From: Minisyncoccota bacterium
GTDB lineage: Bacteria; Patescibacteriota; Minisyncoccia; Phycocordibacterales; UBA9973
Assembly: GCA_041907605.1 (NCBI GenBank)
Contig: JAYRGZ010000014.1
Span: forward strand, 5,116 to 69,115
Length of the DNA stretch: 64,000 nt
Direction of reading: 5' to 3'
The stretch's first letter is position 1. The number at the start of each line of letters is the position of its first letter. The notes below the pieces were generated by a model. It was not told the DNA's origin. It did not search any database and saw nothing but the letters and a program-made list of their open reading frames with translations. The position numbers and the translations under genes are program-made. Below, piece by piece: positions 28,417 to 40,040 of the stretch.

Positions 28417-29061
28417 ATGTTTACGATAAAAGCAAAAAAGCGAAATGACAAGGATAGTCTTGCCTATTTACGGAAGCAAGGAGAAACACCTGCTGTTTTC
28501 TACGGTCTTGGTAAGGAAACTACACCAATTTCAATTCCATCCAAGGAATTTCAAAAAATATGGAAGGAAGCAGGTGAATCCACTACAATTAGCCTAGAGA
28601 CTGATAATGGTACTGTAAATACACTCATCCACGATGTGGCTATTGATCCACTGACGGGTTATCCACTCCACGCGGATTTTCTTGTAATTGATATAAATAA
28701 AAAGATTTCAGTTTCTGTACCACTTGAATTTGAAGGTATAGCACCCGCTGTAAAAGAAGGAATAGGAACACTCGTCAAGGTTATGCATGAGATAGAAATC
28801 GAGGCATTGCCCAAGGATTTGCCTCACGCAGTAGTAGTTGATATTTCTAATCTAACTGGTTTGGATAGTCAGATAACAGTAGCGGAACTTAAACTTCCTT
28901 CAGGTGTTGTAGCAATGGCTGACAAAGATGAGGTTGTAGCCGCTATTTCTGTAATGAAAGAAGAGAAGGAAGAAGAAGCGGCACCAGTAGATCTATCTGC
29001 AATTGAAGTTGAAAAGAAGGGTAAGAAGGAAGAAGAGGCTCCAGTGGAGGAAACTGCGTAA
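28417..29061 (+). CDS. rplY: 50S ribosomal protein L25/general stress protein Ctc.
   Basis: MFTIKAKKRNDKDSLAYLRKQGETPAVFYG.. plus the Ctc C-terminal domain and a low-complexity EEKEEEA tail. Confidence 0.85.
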   Translation: MFTIKAKKRNDKDSLAYLRKQGETPAVFYGLGKETTPISIPSKEFQKIWKEAGESTTISLETDNGTVNTLIHDVAIDPLTGYPLHADFLVIDINKKISVSVPLEFEGIAPAVKEGIGTLVKVMHEIEIEALPKDLPHAVVVDISNLTGLDSQITVAELKLPSGVVAMADKDEVVAAISVMKEEKEEEAAPVDLSAIEVEKKGKKEEEAPVEETA

Positions 29062-29082
29062 TCTATATAAGATTCGCAAAAC

Positions 29083-30486
29083 ATGAATCTTACAAAACAT
29101 TTTAAAAATAGAATATTTACACTTATATTACTGACGCTAATAGCATCAACTCTTTTTGTGTTGCATGCAAAAATATCAAGTGCCCAAAGTGCACTTGATA
29201 TTGCACAAAGTGATAGGGCAGCACTTGAGACCGAGCTTGCTAATCTGGAAGCCCAAATTGCCCAAAAGCAGGAAGAATTAAAACAACAACAAGGGCAATC
29301 TGTAACTTTAAATAACGAAATTGCTAAGTTAAAAACCCAAATAGACAAATCAAAACTGGATATAAAAGCAAAAAGTTTAGTTATACAAAAACTCGGTGGA
29401 GAAATTACAGAGAAAAGCCAAAAAATCGAAAGTCTAAGTGAGAAAATTGACCGTGAGAGGGAATCACTTGGTCAGCTAATTAAGAAGACAAATGAGATAG
29501 ACAATAGTAATCTGATACACGTTGTGCTTTCAGATAAGAGTCTTTCAAATTTTTATGTTGACCTAGATTCATTTTCTTCAATCAAAGCCTCTATAAAATC
29601 CTCTGTTGATCAAATAAAAGGAATTAAATCAGAAACCGAAAACGAAAAACAAAATCTGGAGGAAAAGCAAAATGCTGAACTTGACGCAAAAGCAGAGCTT
29701 GAAAGAGCAAAAAAAGCAGTTGAAAACAATCAAGCTGAGCAAAAAAAATTACTTTCTATAAGTAAAAATAAAGAAAAGGAGTTTCAGGCAATACTAGATG
29801 AGCAGGCCAAAAAAGCGGCTCAAATTAAGGCTAGGCTGTTTTCTCTTGCTGGAGGAGGTGCTGCTATTCCTTTTGGTGTGGCACTTTCATATGCGGAATT
29901 TGCATCCACTAAGACAGGAGTACGTCCAGCTTTCATATTAGCTATTCTTACACAAGAAAGTAACCTAGGACAGAATCAGGGTAAATGTTATTTAACTGTA
30001 CCTGAAACAGGTGCTGGAATAAGAGTTACCACAGGAGCAATTCTGGCTAAAGTTATGAAGCCGTCACGTGATGTTGCGCCATTTTTAGAAATAACAAGTA
30101 GTCTCGGTTTTGATCCTTATAAGACTGTTGTGTCCTGTCCACTTTCCGGTGGAGGATACGGTGGTGGTATGGGTCCATCCCAGTTCATTGCCTCAACGTG
30201 GAATATTTTAAAATCTAGAATTGCAAGTGCCTTAGGAACAGGTATAGCAAATCCTTGGTCACCTAAAGACGCTATTACAGCTTCTGCAATATATCTAGGA
30301 GACATGGGTGCTAGTACTCAAGGCTACACAGCAGAACGTAATGCAGCTTGCCGATATTATTCTGGAAGAAAGTGTGATAATAAAAAACCAGCTAACAGCT
30401 TCTACGGAAATAGCGTTATGAGCTTAGCAAGTAAAATCCAAGATGATATAGACTATCTTAAGAAATATGGAATTTCGAAGAGATAG
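29083..30486 (+). CDS. Secreted coiled-coil protein with a C-terminal MltB-like lytic transglycosylase (SLT_2) domain.
   Basis: Signal/TM at the N-terminus, ~250 aa of coiled coil, then ..FILAILTQESNLGQNQGKCY..GGGMGPSQFIASTW.. (compare MltB GPMQFMPSTW). Confidence 0.65.
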   Translation: MNLTKHFKNRIFTLILLTLIASTLFVLHAKISSAQSALDIAQSDRAALETELANLEAQIAQKQEELKQQQGQSVTLNNEIAKLKTQIDKSKLDIKAKSLVIQKLGGEITEKSQKIESLSEKIDRERESLGQLIKKTNEIDNSNLIHVVLSDKSLSNFYVDLDSFSSIKASIKSSVDQIKGIKSETENEKQNLEEKQNAELDAKAELERAKKAVENNQAEQKKLLSISKNKEKEFQAILDEQAKKAAQIKARLFSLAGGGAAIPFGVALSYAEFASTKTGVRPAFILAILTQESNLGQNQGKCYLTVPETGAGIRVTTGAILAKVMKPSRDVAPFLEITSSLGFDPYKTVVSCPLSGGGYGGGMGPSQFIASTWNILKSRIASALGTGIANPWSPKDAITASAIYLGDMGASTQGYTAERNAACRYYSGRKCDNKKPANSFYGNSVMSLASKIQDDIDYLKKYGISKR

Positions 30487-30496
30487 AAATTATAAT

Positions 30497-30524
30497 TTGC
30501 CTTTTAAAATAAACGTGCTACAAT
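30497..30524 (+). promoter_or_regulatory. Putative promoter for rpmE-prfA (TTGCCT-16-TACAAT); leaderless layout.
   Basis: -35 at ~30497-30502 and -10 at ~30519-30524. The ATG at 30532 lies 8 nt after the -10. Confidence 0.45.
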
Positions 30525-30531
30525 AGCGCCT

Positions 30532-30750
30532 ATGAAAACAGATACACACCCAACATATTTCCCTGAAGCAAAAGTGACCTGCGCATGCGGATCAGTTTTT
30601 AAAATTGGCTCAACAATTGATGGTTTTTCTGTAGAAATTTGTAGTCAATGTCATCCATTCTACACTGGTAACGAAAAGGTACTAGATACTGCAGGACGCG
30701 TCGATAGATTCAAGAAACGCCAAGAAGCTTCTAAAAAGAAAGCAAAATAA
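30532..30750 (+). CDS. rpmE: 50S ribosomal protein L31.
   Basis: [23 protein letters not shown]...[10 protein letters not shown]. Confidence 0.9.
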   Translation: MKTDTHPTYFPEAKVTCACGSVFKIGSTIDGFSVEICSQCHPFYTGNEKVLDTAGRVDRFKKRQEASKKKAK

Positions 30751-30761
30751 CGTAGATCTAC

Positions 30762-30790
30762 AAAAAGAAACCGCAAGTCGGTTTCTTTTT
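30762..30790 (+). terminator. Rho-independent terminator, or attenuator, between rpmE and prfA.
   Basis: AAAAAGAAACCGcaagtCGGTTTCTTTTT. Confidence 0.6.
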
Positions 30791-30792
30791 GC

Positions 30793-31782
30793 ATGCTAGA
30801 ATATAAATATATGGACTGGGATAGAGAAGAACTAAAAAAGAATTATAAAACAAGTTTTCTTATTGAATCATATGAGAGACTCGAGATTGAAGAAGAAAAA
30901 ATAAAAGACATGATCTCAGATGATCAGTCTCTTTTTGAGCTTGGCAAGGACGAATTAGAAACAATTCGAACCCAGAGAGATGCTATAGAAAAGCAGATAA
31001 ATGCAATATTAGAAAAAGACAAGGAGGAAGAAGAATTTCCAAATGAAATAATCCTTGAGGTACGTGCTGGAGCTGGAGGAGATGAAGCATCACTTTTTGC
31101 ATGGGAAATTGCACAAATGTATGAGCGTTATGCTGACACAAGAGGATGGGATTGGAAAATAATTAGTTCATCTGAAAGTGCAGTGAGTGGTTACAAAGAA
31201 GCTTCAATAGAAATAAAAGGGAAAGATGTTTATAAAGATTTGAGATACGAAACAGGTGTACACCGCGTACAGAGAACTCCAGCAACAGAAAAAAATGGAC
31301 GCATACATACCTCTACAGCTTCTGTTGCAATTTTGCCGATTCGAAAAAAAGTTACATTTGAAATAAATCCTAGTGATTTAGATATGGAGTACTCACGTTC
31401 AGGTGGAGCAGGTGGACAAAACGTGAACAAAGTGGAAACAGCTGTGAGATTGATTCACAAGCCCACTGGAATCGATGTACGTTCAACATCTGAGCGAAGT
31501 CAGCTTGCAAACCGAGAAAAAGCTATGGAAATCCTCCAGGCTAAATTGCTTCAAATGAAAGAGGAAGAAGAAGCCAAAAAATATTCTAGCGACCGTAAAA
31601 ATCAAATTGGTACAGCAGACCGAAGTGAAAAGATAAGAACATATAACTTTCCACAGGATAGAGTAACCGATCACCGTATAAAACAATCATGGTCAAATTT
31701 GCCGCAAATTCTCATGGGCAATATTGATAAAATCATAAAAGCCTTACAGGAAGGCACGGTAGGGACAGATGATAGCGAATAA
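30793..31782 (+). CDS. prfA: Peptide chain release factor 1.
   Basis: GGQ motif ([18 protein letters not shown]) and the RF1-type ..[17 protein letters not shown].. (PxT). Confidence 0.9.
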   Translation: MLEYKYMDWDREELKKNYKTSFLIESYERLEIEEEKIKDMISDDQSLFELGKDELETIRTQRDAIEKQINAILEKDKEEEEFPNEIILEVRAGAGGDEASLFAWEIAQMYERYADTRGWDWKIISSSESAVSGYKEASIEIKGKDVYKDLRYETGVHRVQRTPATEKNGRIHTSTASVAILPIRKKVTFEINPSDLDMEYSRSGGAGGQNVNKVETAVRLIHKPTGIDVRSTSERSQLANREKAMEILQAKLLQMKEEEEAKKYSSDRKNQIGTADRSEKIRTYNFPQDRVTDHRIKQSWSNLPQILMGNIDKIIKALQEGTVGTDDSE

Positions 31783-31920
31783 CTAGCCTTTTAATTAAAT
31801 GTGTGGTATACTTGTAGAAGTAGTTTTCTTATTGGAGATTACGTTTTAATAGTCCCTGTATCAGGGATTCTGTACATTCGGTATAGAATTAGTTAGATGT
31901 GTAGCGATACACAAAAGTAA

Positions 31921-32190
31921 ATGGCTAAGAAATTATATGTCGGCGGTCTACCTTATAGTACAACCGACAACGAGCTCAAAGATCACTTTGCAGCTGCAGG
32001 TTCAGTATCAAGTGCAATTATTATCAAGGACAAGATGACAGGCCGATCAAAAGGTTTTGGATTCGTAGAAATGGATAATGATGATGACGCTGACAAGGCT
32101 GTCTCAATGTTCAATGGACAAGATTTTGGTGGAAGAAAATTGACTGTTAATGAAGCTCGACCACTCGAGAGTCGTCCAAACAGAGGATAA
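31921..32190 (+). CDS. RRM-type RNA-binding protein.
   Basis: RNP-2 KLYVGGL and RNP-1 KGFGFVEM. Confidence 0.9.
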   Translation: MAKKLYVGGLPYSTTDNELKDHFAAAGSVSSAIIIKDKMTGRSKGFGFVEMDNDDDADKAVSMFNGQDFGGRKLTVNEARPLESRPNRG

Positions 32191-32208
32191 CACTGACTTT
32201 TCTAAACA

Positions 32209-32233
32209 AACACCCCCGAAAGGGGGTGTTTTA
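32209..32233 (+). terminator. Rho-independent terminator after the RRM gene.
   Basis: ACACCCCCgaaaGGGGGTGTTTT. Confidence 0.8.
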
Positions 32234-32312
32234 TGTTGCGGTGTAATGGTATTTTTGATATAGTGGCACAGAGCGAAATAGGCTCAGTTTTTTTATTTAG
32301 CTCAATCTCTAT

Positions 32313-32386
32313 GCGTGTGTAGTTCAGTGGTAGAACGCTGTCCTGATAAGACAGAGGTCGAAGGTCCGATTCCTTCCACACGCACA
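32313..32386 (+). tRNA. tRNA-Ile (anticodon GAU); 3' CCA not encoded.
   Basis: Acceptor stem GCGTGTG/CACACGC, D-arm GTTCAGTGGTAGAAC, anticodon stem-loop CTGTC-CTGATAA-GACAG (GAU at positions 34-36), T-arm GAAGG-TCCGATT-CCTTC, discriminator A. Confidence 0.85.
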
Positions 32387-32422
32387 AACAGGTGAAATTA
32401 TGGAAATTTAACCTGTTTAAGG

Positions 32423-32665
32423 ATGAATACAAACAATCAAAAGTTCCTGCGGGTAGGATTAGTCCTATTCGCGAAGATATCCGCTTGGGTAGCATTTCCA
32501 ATTGTAATTGCCCTATATTTTGGAAAATGGTTGGATAGCAAAACCGGTAATGAAAATTTATTCTTTCTTATTTGTACTGGAATTGCGTTTGTTGTTTCCA
32601 TGATAGGTATAACAAGAGAAACGCTAAAATATATTGAGAATATAAAAAATGACGCAAGAAAATAA
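32423..32665 (+). CDS. Small hydrophobic protein preceding atpB (AtpI/AtpZ-like).
   Basis: 80 aa, 2 TM helices, immediately upstream of and overlapping the atpB start. Confidence 0.45.
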   Translation: MNTNNQKFLRVGLVLFAKISAWVAFPIVIALYFGKWLDSKTGNENLFFLICTGIAFVVSMIGITRETLKYIENIKNDARK

Positions 32666-33533
32666 TTTAAATGACATCATAAACGAGCCCGCACAAGAGA
32701 ATGCACCACAGGAAAGTGGTGAAATTGAACACGCGACAACACTGTACGCTGAACCAGTATTCTCGATTGGAAATTATCATGTTACAAATGCGTTACTTAC
32801 AAGTACGATTTCAGTATTCGTAATTGTACTAATGTCAATTTTAATAAAAGCAAATATCAAGAAAGTTCCAGGTAAATTTCAAGCGTTTTTTGAAACAATA
32901 TTAGAAGGAGCACTATCACTTGCCGATCAGGTCACTGGTAGCAGGAAAAAGACACAAAAAGTATTTCCACTTGTTATGGCAATATTTTTCTTTGTATTGA
33001 TAAACAACTGGATAGGAATATTACCATTTGGTGCATTTGGGCTTCTAGAGAAGGGAAATGAAGGCTTATCATTCGTACCATTTTTACGTAGTGGAACTGC
33101 AGATATAAATACTACAATTGGTCTCGCTCTTATGGCTGTTTTGGGCTCAAATATATTCGGAATTTTCTCTATTGGGGTCTGGAAAACACTCAATAAATAT
33201 GTTAATCTAAAGGCTCTCGGACACATGGTTACGAAGGTTCGTCACGATCCTACAATACTACTTGTTGCTCCGATTATGTTCTTTGTTGGAATCCTAGAAT
33301 TAATAGGTGAAGCTGCAAAAGTTGCATCACTTTCTTTTCGTCTCTTTGGTAATGTTTTTGCTGGAGAAGTACTCCTTGGTTCTATGGCAGCACTTCTCGC
33401 ATATATATTGCCTGTACCGTTTTTATTCCTTGAAGTTTTTGTTGGATTAATTCAGGCACTAATATTTTCAATGTTAACTCTAGTGTATTTCACAATAGCG
33501 TCAGAAGATCACGATGAGGAACATCATGAGTAA
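32649..33533 (+). CDS. atpB: F0F1 ATP synthase subunit a.
   Basis: ..SLSFRLFGNVFAGEVLL.. includes the conserved Arg helix. Confidence 0.9.
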   Translation: MTQENNLNDIINEPAQENAPQESGEIEHATTLYAEPVFSIGNYHVTNALLTSTISVFVIVLMSILIKANIKKVPGKFQAFFETILEGALSLADQVTGSRKKTQKVFPLVMAIFFFVLINNWIGILPFGAFGLLEKGNEGLSFVPFLRSGTADINTTIGLALMAVLGSNIFGIFSIGVWKTLNKYVNLKALGHMVTKVRHDPTILLVAPIMFFVGILELIGEAAKVASLSFRLFGNVFAGEVLLGSMAALLAYILPVPFLFLEVFVGLIQALIFSMLTLVYFTIASEDHDEEHHE

Positions 33534-33620
33534 TGGTAAGTCAAACTTTGTTGAGAATTTATCTCTATAAAGTTTGCCCTATCATAATTAAAAGGGTTTA
33601 TTATTAATAAGTAATTATAA

Positions 33621-33836
<216 letters not shown>

Positions 33837-33848
33837 TTAGTAGTTGCC

Positions 33849-33923
33849 AGATTTAAGATTTGAGTAATCCGATCTTAAATCTCAAACTGCTTGTTACGCA
33901 GTATTAATTTAAATCTTAAATCT
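33849..33923 (+). repeat. Intergenic palindromic element, copy A (atpE-atpF spacer).
   Basis: AGATTTAAGAT (33849-59), a 12-nt loop, then ATCTTAAATCT (33872-82), and a further distal TAAATCTTAAATCT (~33910-23). It shares the CAGATTTAAGATTT...AATCTTTAATCTAA framework with copy B. Confidence 0.6.
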
Positions 33924-33936
33924 TTAATCTAAATTC

Positions 33937-34431
33937 ATGGATTCACTTATAGCTACATTTCATATTGACTGGAAAATAATAATCGCACAGATGGTAAACT
34001 TTGCCATTGTGTTTTTTGTGCTGTACCGGTTTGCAATTAAACCGCTCTCCAAACTTATGTCAGAACGACAAACTGAAATAAAGAAAGGATTAGATGATGC
34101 AGAACAGAATAAAAAAATTCTGGAGGATACTCAGAAAAGTTATGATGATGCATTAGCTCAAGCTCGCAAAGAAGGTACAGCAATAATTGCTGAGGCGAAG
34201 AAGGAAGCTAGCAAGAAAAAGGACGAACTTATTAAGATTGCAGAAAATGATGTCGCTACAATGCTCAAAAATGGTAAATCTGCCCTAGATTCTGAAAAGC
34301 AGAAAATGATTGCGGATGCTAAGAAAGAGCTAGCGTCTCTTGTAGTTATGAGTACCGAAAAAGTTTTAAGTGGTGTAGTAGATAAGGATATGAGAGAGAA
34401 AATTTCTAAAGCAACAGTAAAAGAAATATAG
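33937..34431 (+). CDS. atpF: F0F1 ATP synthase subunit b.
   Basis: Single N-terminal TM then a long charged helix; position in the operon. Confidence 0.85.
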   Translation: MDSLIATFHIDWKIIIAQMVNFAIVFFVLYRFAIKPLSKLMSERQTEIKKGLDDAEQNKKILEDTQKSYDDALAQARKEGTAIIAEAKKEASKKKDELIKIAENDVATMLKNGKSALDSEKQKMIADAKKELASLVVMSTEKVLSGVVDKDMREKISKATVKEI

Positions 34432-34432
34432 A

Positions 34433-34837
34433 ATGAAAAAAATCAGTACAAATGAATACGCAGAAATCCTATTTGAGATTACTCATGATAAAAGTGGAAA
34501 AGAATTAGAAAAAGCTTTGAAAGTATTCACATCATACTTATCGAGGAATAAATCTTTAGGAAAATTTGAAGAAATAAAAAAGTCATTTGTGAGTTTAGTA
34601 GATGGTAAACATGGTGTCGTCAGAGGGAAAATTTTCACAGCACAAAAACTACACAGAGACGAATTGTCCGAAATCAGTAAGAGTTTAGAAAAAACATTCA
34701 ATGCCAAGGAGATAATACTAGAAGAAATTGAGGATGATAAATTGGTTGCTGGATGGAAGATACGAACTGAAAATTATTTGATTGATGGAAGTGTACGAGG
34801 TCGGATTGATAAATTAGGATTAGTGCTTACAAAATAA
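34433..34837 (+). CDS. atpH: F0F1 ATP synthase subunit delta (short form, 134 aa).
   Basis: Position between atpF and atpA; C-terminal ..[24 protein letters not shown].. matches the delta C-terminus. Confidence 0.65.
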   Translation: MKKISTNEYAEILFEITHDKSGKELEKALKVFTSYLSRNKSLGKFEEIKKSFVSLVDGKHGVVRGKIFTAQKLHRDELSEISKSLEKTFNAKEIILEEIEDDKLVAGWKIRTENYLIDGSVRGRIDKLGLVLTK

Positions 34838-34841
34838 ATTT

Positions 34842-36347
34842 ATGGCAAACACACAACATATATTAGAACAATTAAAAAATGAGATCGAAGGTTTTGATGG
34901 GAGTACAACTCGTGAGGAGATTGGTACTGTACTTGAAGTCGGTGACGGTATCGCTCGAGTATCAGGACTTCGAGGTGTAAAAGCATCAGAAATGGTCACG
35001 TTTGCAGGTGGAGAGACAGGTGTAGCGCTAAACCTCGAAGAAGACACTGTTGGAATAATTATTCTCGGAGAATTCGGAAAGATTAAGGAGGGGCAGGAAG
35101 TTCGTCTAACAGGAAAAATTCTAGAAATAGGTGTTGGCGATTCTATAGTAGGACGTGTTGTCGATCCACTTGGTCACGCACTCGATGGTAAAGGAGATAT
35201 AAAAGTAGAGCAAACACTTCCAATTGAACGCGTAGCACCCGGAGTTATTACTCGTCAGTCAGTTGATCAACCAGTGCAAACTGGTATTAAAGCAATTGAC
35301 GCTCTTGTCCCTGTTGGACGTGGACAACGTGAACTTATAATCGGAGATCGTCAGACCGGAAAGACTGCTATCGCAATAGACACAATACTAAACCAAAAAG
35401 GTCAGAATATGATTTGTGTGTACGTAGCTATCGGTCAGAAGGATTCTAAACTCCGAGCACTTGAGACTCGTCTACGCACAGCAGGAGCAATGGATTACAC
35501 TGTTATTGTTTCAGCTGGAGCATCAGATCCATCTCCTATGCAATACCTAGCACCTTACGCTGGCGTGACAGTAGCTGAATACTTCATGGATAAAGGACAA
35601 GATGTACTTATCATCTATGATGATCTATCAAAGCATGCTGTTGCATACCGTGAAATTTCACTTCTCCTTCGTCGTCCACCAGGTCGTGAAGCGTATCCTG
35701 GAGACGTTTTCTATCTTCACTCAAGACTTCTTGAGAGAGCTTGTCGAAGAAACAAAGAACACGGTGGCGGATCAATTACCGCACTTCCTATAATCGAAAC
35801 TCAAGCAGGAGATATCTCAGCGTACATCCCAACAAACGTGATCTCTATCACTGACGGACAGATATTCCTAGAAACTGATTTGTTCTACAAAGGTGTTCGC
35901 CCTGCAGTAAACGTGGGATTCTCTGTGTCCCGTGTGGGTGGTTCAGCACAAATTAAAGCAATGAAAAAAGTTGCGGGAACTTTGAAACTCGACCTTGCAC
36001 AATTCCGTGAGCTTGAAGCTTTTGCGCAATTTGGTTCTGATCTCGATCAAGCAACACGAAATCAAATCGAACGTGGACGCCGTGCAGTTGAACTTCTAAA
36101 ACAAACTCAATATTCACCGATGCTTGTACAGCACCAAGTAGTATCTCTCTACGCTCTAACACGTGGATATATGGATACTGTACCTGTTGCTAAGATTAGG
36201 GAATTCGAAGCTGGATTAATCGAATTCGTTGAAGCAAACTGTGAAGAATTTATATCTGACATAACTACGAAAAAGATGTGGGAAGAAGCTAGTGAAGCAA
36301 AATTAAAAACTACGATTGAGAGTTTTAAATCAACATTTCTAAGTTAA
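34842..36347 (+). CDS. atpA: F0F1 ATP synthase subunit alpha.
   Basis: Walker A GDRQTGKT, plus ..[22 protein letters not shown]... Confidence 0.97.
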   Translation: MANTQHILEQLKNEIEGFDGSTTREEIGTVLEVGDGIARVSGLRGVKASEMVTFAGGETGVALNLEEDTVGIIILGEFGKIKEGQEVRLTGKILEIGVGDSIVGRVVDPLGHALDGKGDIKVEQTLPIERVAPGVITRQSVDQPVQTGIKAIDALVPVGRGQRELIIGDRQTGKTAIAIDTILNQKGQNMICVYVAIGQKDSKLRALETRLRTAGAMDYTVIVSAGASDPSPMQYLAPYAGVTVAEYFMDKGQDVLIIYDDLSKHAVAYREISLLLRRPPGREAYPGDVFYLHSRLLERACRRNKEHGGGSITALPIIETQAGDISAYIPTNVISITDGQIFLETDLFYKGVRPAVNVGFSVSRVGGSAQIKAMKKVAGTLKLDLAQFRELEAFAQFGSDLDQATRNQIERGRRAVELLKQTQYSPMLVQHQVVSLYALTRGYMDTVPVAKIREFEAGLIEFVEANCEEFISDITTKKMWEEASEAKLKTTIESFKSTFLS

Positions 36348-36356
36348 TAAATTAAG

Positions 36357-37238
36357 ATGGCTGGATCATTAGATATAAAAAGACGAATAAAGAGTGTGAA
36401 AAACACGAAGAAGATTACCAAAGCCATGGAGCTGGTTTCTGCTTCCAAAATGAAGCGCGCAGTGAGCGCGACTCTGGCATCTCGTCCATACTCAAAAACA
36501 TCTTGGGAAATTCTCGGTGCCTTGTCACAAATTTCGGCTGATAGTGAACACCCACTGCTTAAACAAAATGAGGTAAGGAATATTTTGATAGTACTAATTA
36601 GCTCAAATCGTGGTCTCTGCGGAGCATACAATGCTCAAATAATTCGCAAGGTTATAGAGACTATCAAATCAGAAAGTGACAAAAATGTTTCTTTTGTTGC
36701 TGTAGGAAAGAAGGGTGAGGCAGCACTAAGAAGACTAGGGCAGAATATCGTGGCATCATTCACTGAAATTCCCGACAATGCGACATTGCGTGATGTCATG
36801 CCGATTGGAAATATGGTGATGAATGATTTCAAGAAAAATTCCTATGACAAAGTCTATATCGCATACACAGACTTTATCTCAGCCCTTCTATCTAAACCAA
36901 TCATCCAACCACTACTACCAATATCAAACGAAGGATTAACACTTGTAAATAGTGAAACTGATAATAATAAGGCCAACAATACTGCTTATACCTTCGAGCC
37001 AGGTTATGAAGTACTAATGGATAAACTGGTTGAAAAGATTGCTAGAGCTCAGGTATATCAAATGATTCTAGAATCCTCAGCCTCTGAGCAATCCTCTCGC
37101 ATGATGGCTATGAAGAATGCATCGGAAGCTGCAGGGGAAATGATTGATGATCTGACACTAGCATTCAACAAAGCTCGTCAGGCATCTATAACAAAGGAAA
37201 TATCAGAAATTAGCGCCGGTATGGCATCAGTTAGTTAA
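36357..37238 (+). CDS. atpG: F0F1 ATP synthase subunit gamma.
   Basis: ..IKRRIKSVKNTKKITKAMELVSASKMKRA.. and C-terminal ..ITKEISEI... Confidence 0.9.
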   Translation: MAGSLDIKRRIKSVKNTKKITKAMELVSASKMKRAVSATLASRPYSKTSWEILGALSQISADSEHPLLKQNEVRNILIVLISSNRGLCGAYNAQIIRKVIETIKSESDKNVSFVAVGKKGEAALRRLGQNIVASFTEIPDNATLRDVMPIGNMVMNDFKKNSYDKVYIAYTDFISALLSKPIIQPLLPISNEGLTLVNSETDNNKANNTAYTFEPGYEVLMDKLVEKIARAQVYQMILESSASEQSSRMMAMKNASEAAGEMIDDLTLAFNKARQASITKEISEISAGMASVS

Positions 37239-37256
37239 ATTATTAGACATTATTAA

Positions 37257-38624
<1,368 letters not shown>

Positions 38625-38626
38625 TT

Positions 38627-38700
38627 AACAGATTTAAGATTTAAGTTATAAGGAATAAAAAATTCCTTTTCTAAAATCTCTAATCTAAAATCTTTAATCT
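38627..38700 (+). repeat. Intergenic palindromic element, copy B (atpD-atpC spacer), with an internal AAGGAAT-aaaaa-ATTCCTT hairpin.
   Basis: CAGATTTAAGATTTAAG (38629-45), a hairpin at ~38650-38668, then CTAAAATCTCTAATCTAAAATCTTTAATCTA immediately before the atpC ATG. Confidence 0.6.
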
Positions 38701-38701
38701 A

Positions 38702-39133
38702 ATGACAAAGCAATTACAACTAAAAATAATCACGCCAGAACGCATAGTACTTGAGGAGCTAGTGGATTTGGTGACTTTGCCTACTACAGAAGGTGAGATT
38801 ACAATCCTGCCAGATCATATTCCACTTATCTCAACTCTTGCCTCAGGCGACGTAGTGGCCAAAGTAAATGGTGAAGTAATACCTATGGCGGTTTCTGGTG
38901 GATTTATAGAGGTATCTGACAATGTGGTCAAGATACTGGCTGATTTTGCAGAACATGTGTCAGAAATAAATGATGATGCGGTAGAGAAGGCACGGAGTCG
39001 CGCAGAAGAAATCAAAAAGATGAAGGACAACAATGAAGTTGTAGACTTTGAGCACTACGAGGCTGAACTCGAACGATCTCTAACTCGCGTGAAAATTGCC
39101 GACAAGTGGCGCAATAAAAAGTATAGAATCTAG
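38702..39133 (+). CDS. atpC: F0F1 ATP synthase subunit epsilon.
   Basis: ..LKIITPERIVLEELVDLVTLPTTEGEITILPDHIPLIS... Confidence 0.9.
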   Translation: MTKQLQLKIITPERIVLEELVDLVTLPTTEGEITILPDHIPLISTLASGDVVAKVNGEVIPMAVSGGFIEVSDNVVKILADFAEHVSEINDDAVEKARSRAEEIKKMKDNNEVVDFEHYEAELERSLTRVKIADKWRNKKYRI

Positions 39134-39136
39134 TAT

Positions 39137-40027
39137 ATGGAAAACACTCATACAATTCTTCTATATTACAAATATGTAAAATTGGATGACCCAAAGATAG
39201 AAATGGAAAAGCAGAGAGCGATCTGTGAGGTACTTGGTCTTACCGGTAGAATTATAGTTTCAGAAGAAGGAATCAACGGCACTTGTGAAGGAACAACGGA
39301 AAATACTGAGAAATATATAGCTTGGATGGATAAGCAAAAGAAATTTAGAAATATTCATTGGAAGAAGAGCGTAGGAACAGGGAATGCCTTTCCAAAATTA
39401 TCTGTGAAGGTTCGTAAAGAAATAGTATCTCTTCACTTAGATGAAAATGAAGATATTAATCCCAATGTTGTGACAGGTAAAAAACTAAAACCTGACGAGC
39501 TACGTAAATGGTATGAAGAAAATAAGAATTTCTATATTGTTGATATGCGAAATGATTATGAGCTAGAAGTTGGTAAATTTGAAGGCACAGTATTTCCGGG
39601 ACTTGAGAATTTTCGTGATTTGAAGAAAAATTTGAATATTATAGATGATTTAAAAGATAAGACGGTACTCACTGTCTGTACAGGAGGTGTTAGATGTGAG
39701 AAAGCCTCAGGACTACTACTTAAAAGCGGTTTTAAGGACGTATACCAGCTAGATGGAGGAATAGTAAGTTATATGGAGAAATACCCTGGCAAGGACTTCA
39801 AGGGCTCTCTATACGTATTTGACCAGAGAGTTACCATGAACTTCGATGGCGATAAGCATGAGATAATTGGTAAATGTTATAGATGCTCTAATCCGTCTGA
39901 GAGGTATGTGAATTGTGCGAATTTAATGTGCCACAAACATTTTATTTGTTGTAAAAATTGTGATACAGCAAATGGATCATTTTGTAGCACGAAGTGTGAA
40001 GAAACTGTATTAGCAGTGAAAAATTAG
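39137..40027 (+). CDS. trhO: Rhodanese-domain tRNA U34 hydroxylase TrhO (YceA/UPF0176).
   Basis: ..ILLYYKYVKLDDP..GRIIVSEEGINGT.. (YceA N-domain) and rhodanese CTGGVRCEKASGLL with a C-terminal Cys cluster. Confidence 0.85.
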   Translation: MENTHTILLYYKYVKLDDPKIEMEKQRAICEVLGLTGRIIVSEEGINGTCEGTTENTEKYIAWMDKQKKFRNIHWKKSVGTGNAFPKLSVKVRKEIVSLHLDENEDINPNVVTGKKLKPDELRKWYEENKNFYIVDMRNDYELEVGKFEGTVFPGLENFRDLKKNLNIIDDLKDKTVLTVCTGGVRCEKASGLLLKSGFKDVYQLDGGIVSYMEKYPGKDFKGSLYVFDQRVTMNFDGDKHEIIGKCYRCSNPSERYVNCANLMCHKHFICCKNCDTANGSFCSTKCEETVLAVKN

Positions 40028-40040
40028 GTATACTTCCAAA

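Noticed and set aside
28950-29061. Repetitive GAAGAAGA-rich DNA at the 3' end of rplY.
   Set aside because: It encodes the low-complexity EEKEEEAAPV tail of L25/Ctc. It is a coding low-complexity region, not a genomic repeat element.
32386-32418. Hairpin AAACAGGT-N17-ACCTGTTT immediately after tRNA-Ile, as a possible separate regulatory RNA.
   Set aside because: It is most simply the tRNA 3' trailer or processing hairpin, or a weak terminator before the atp operon, and has no further distinctive features.
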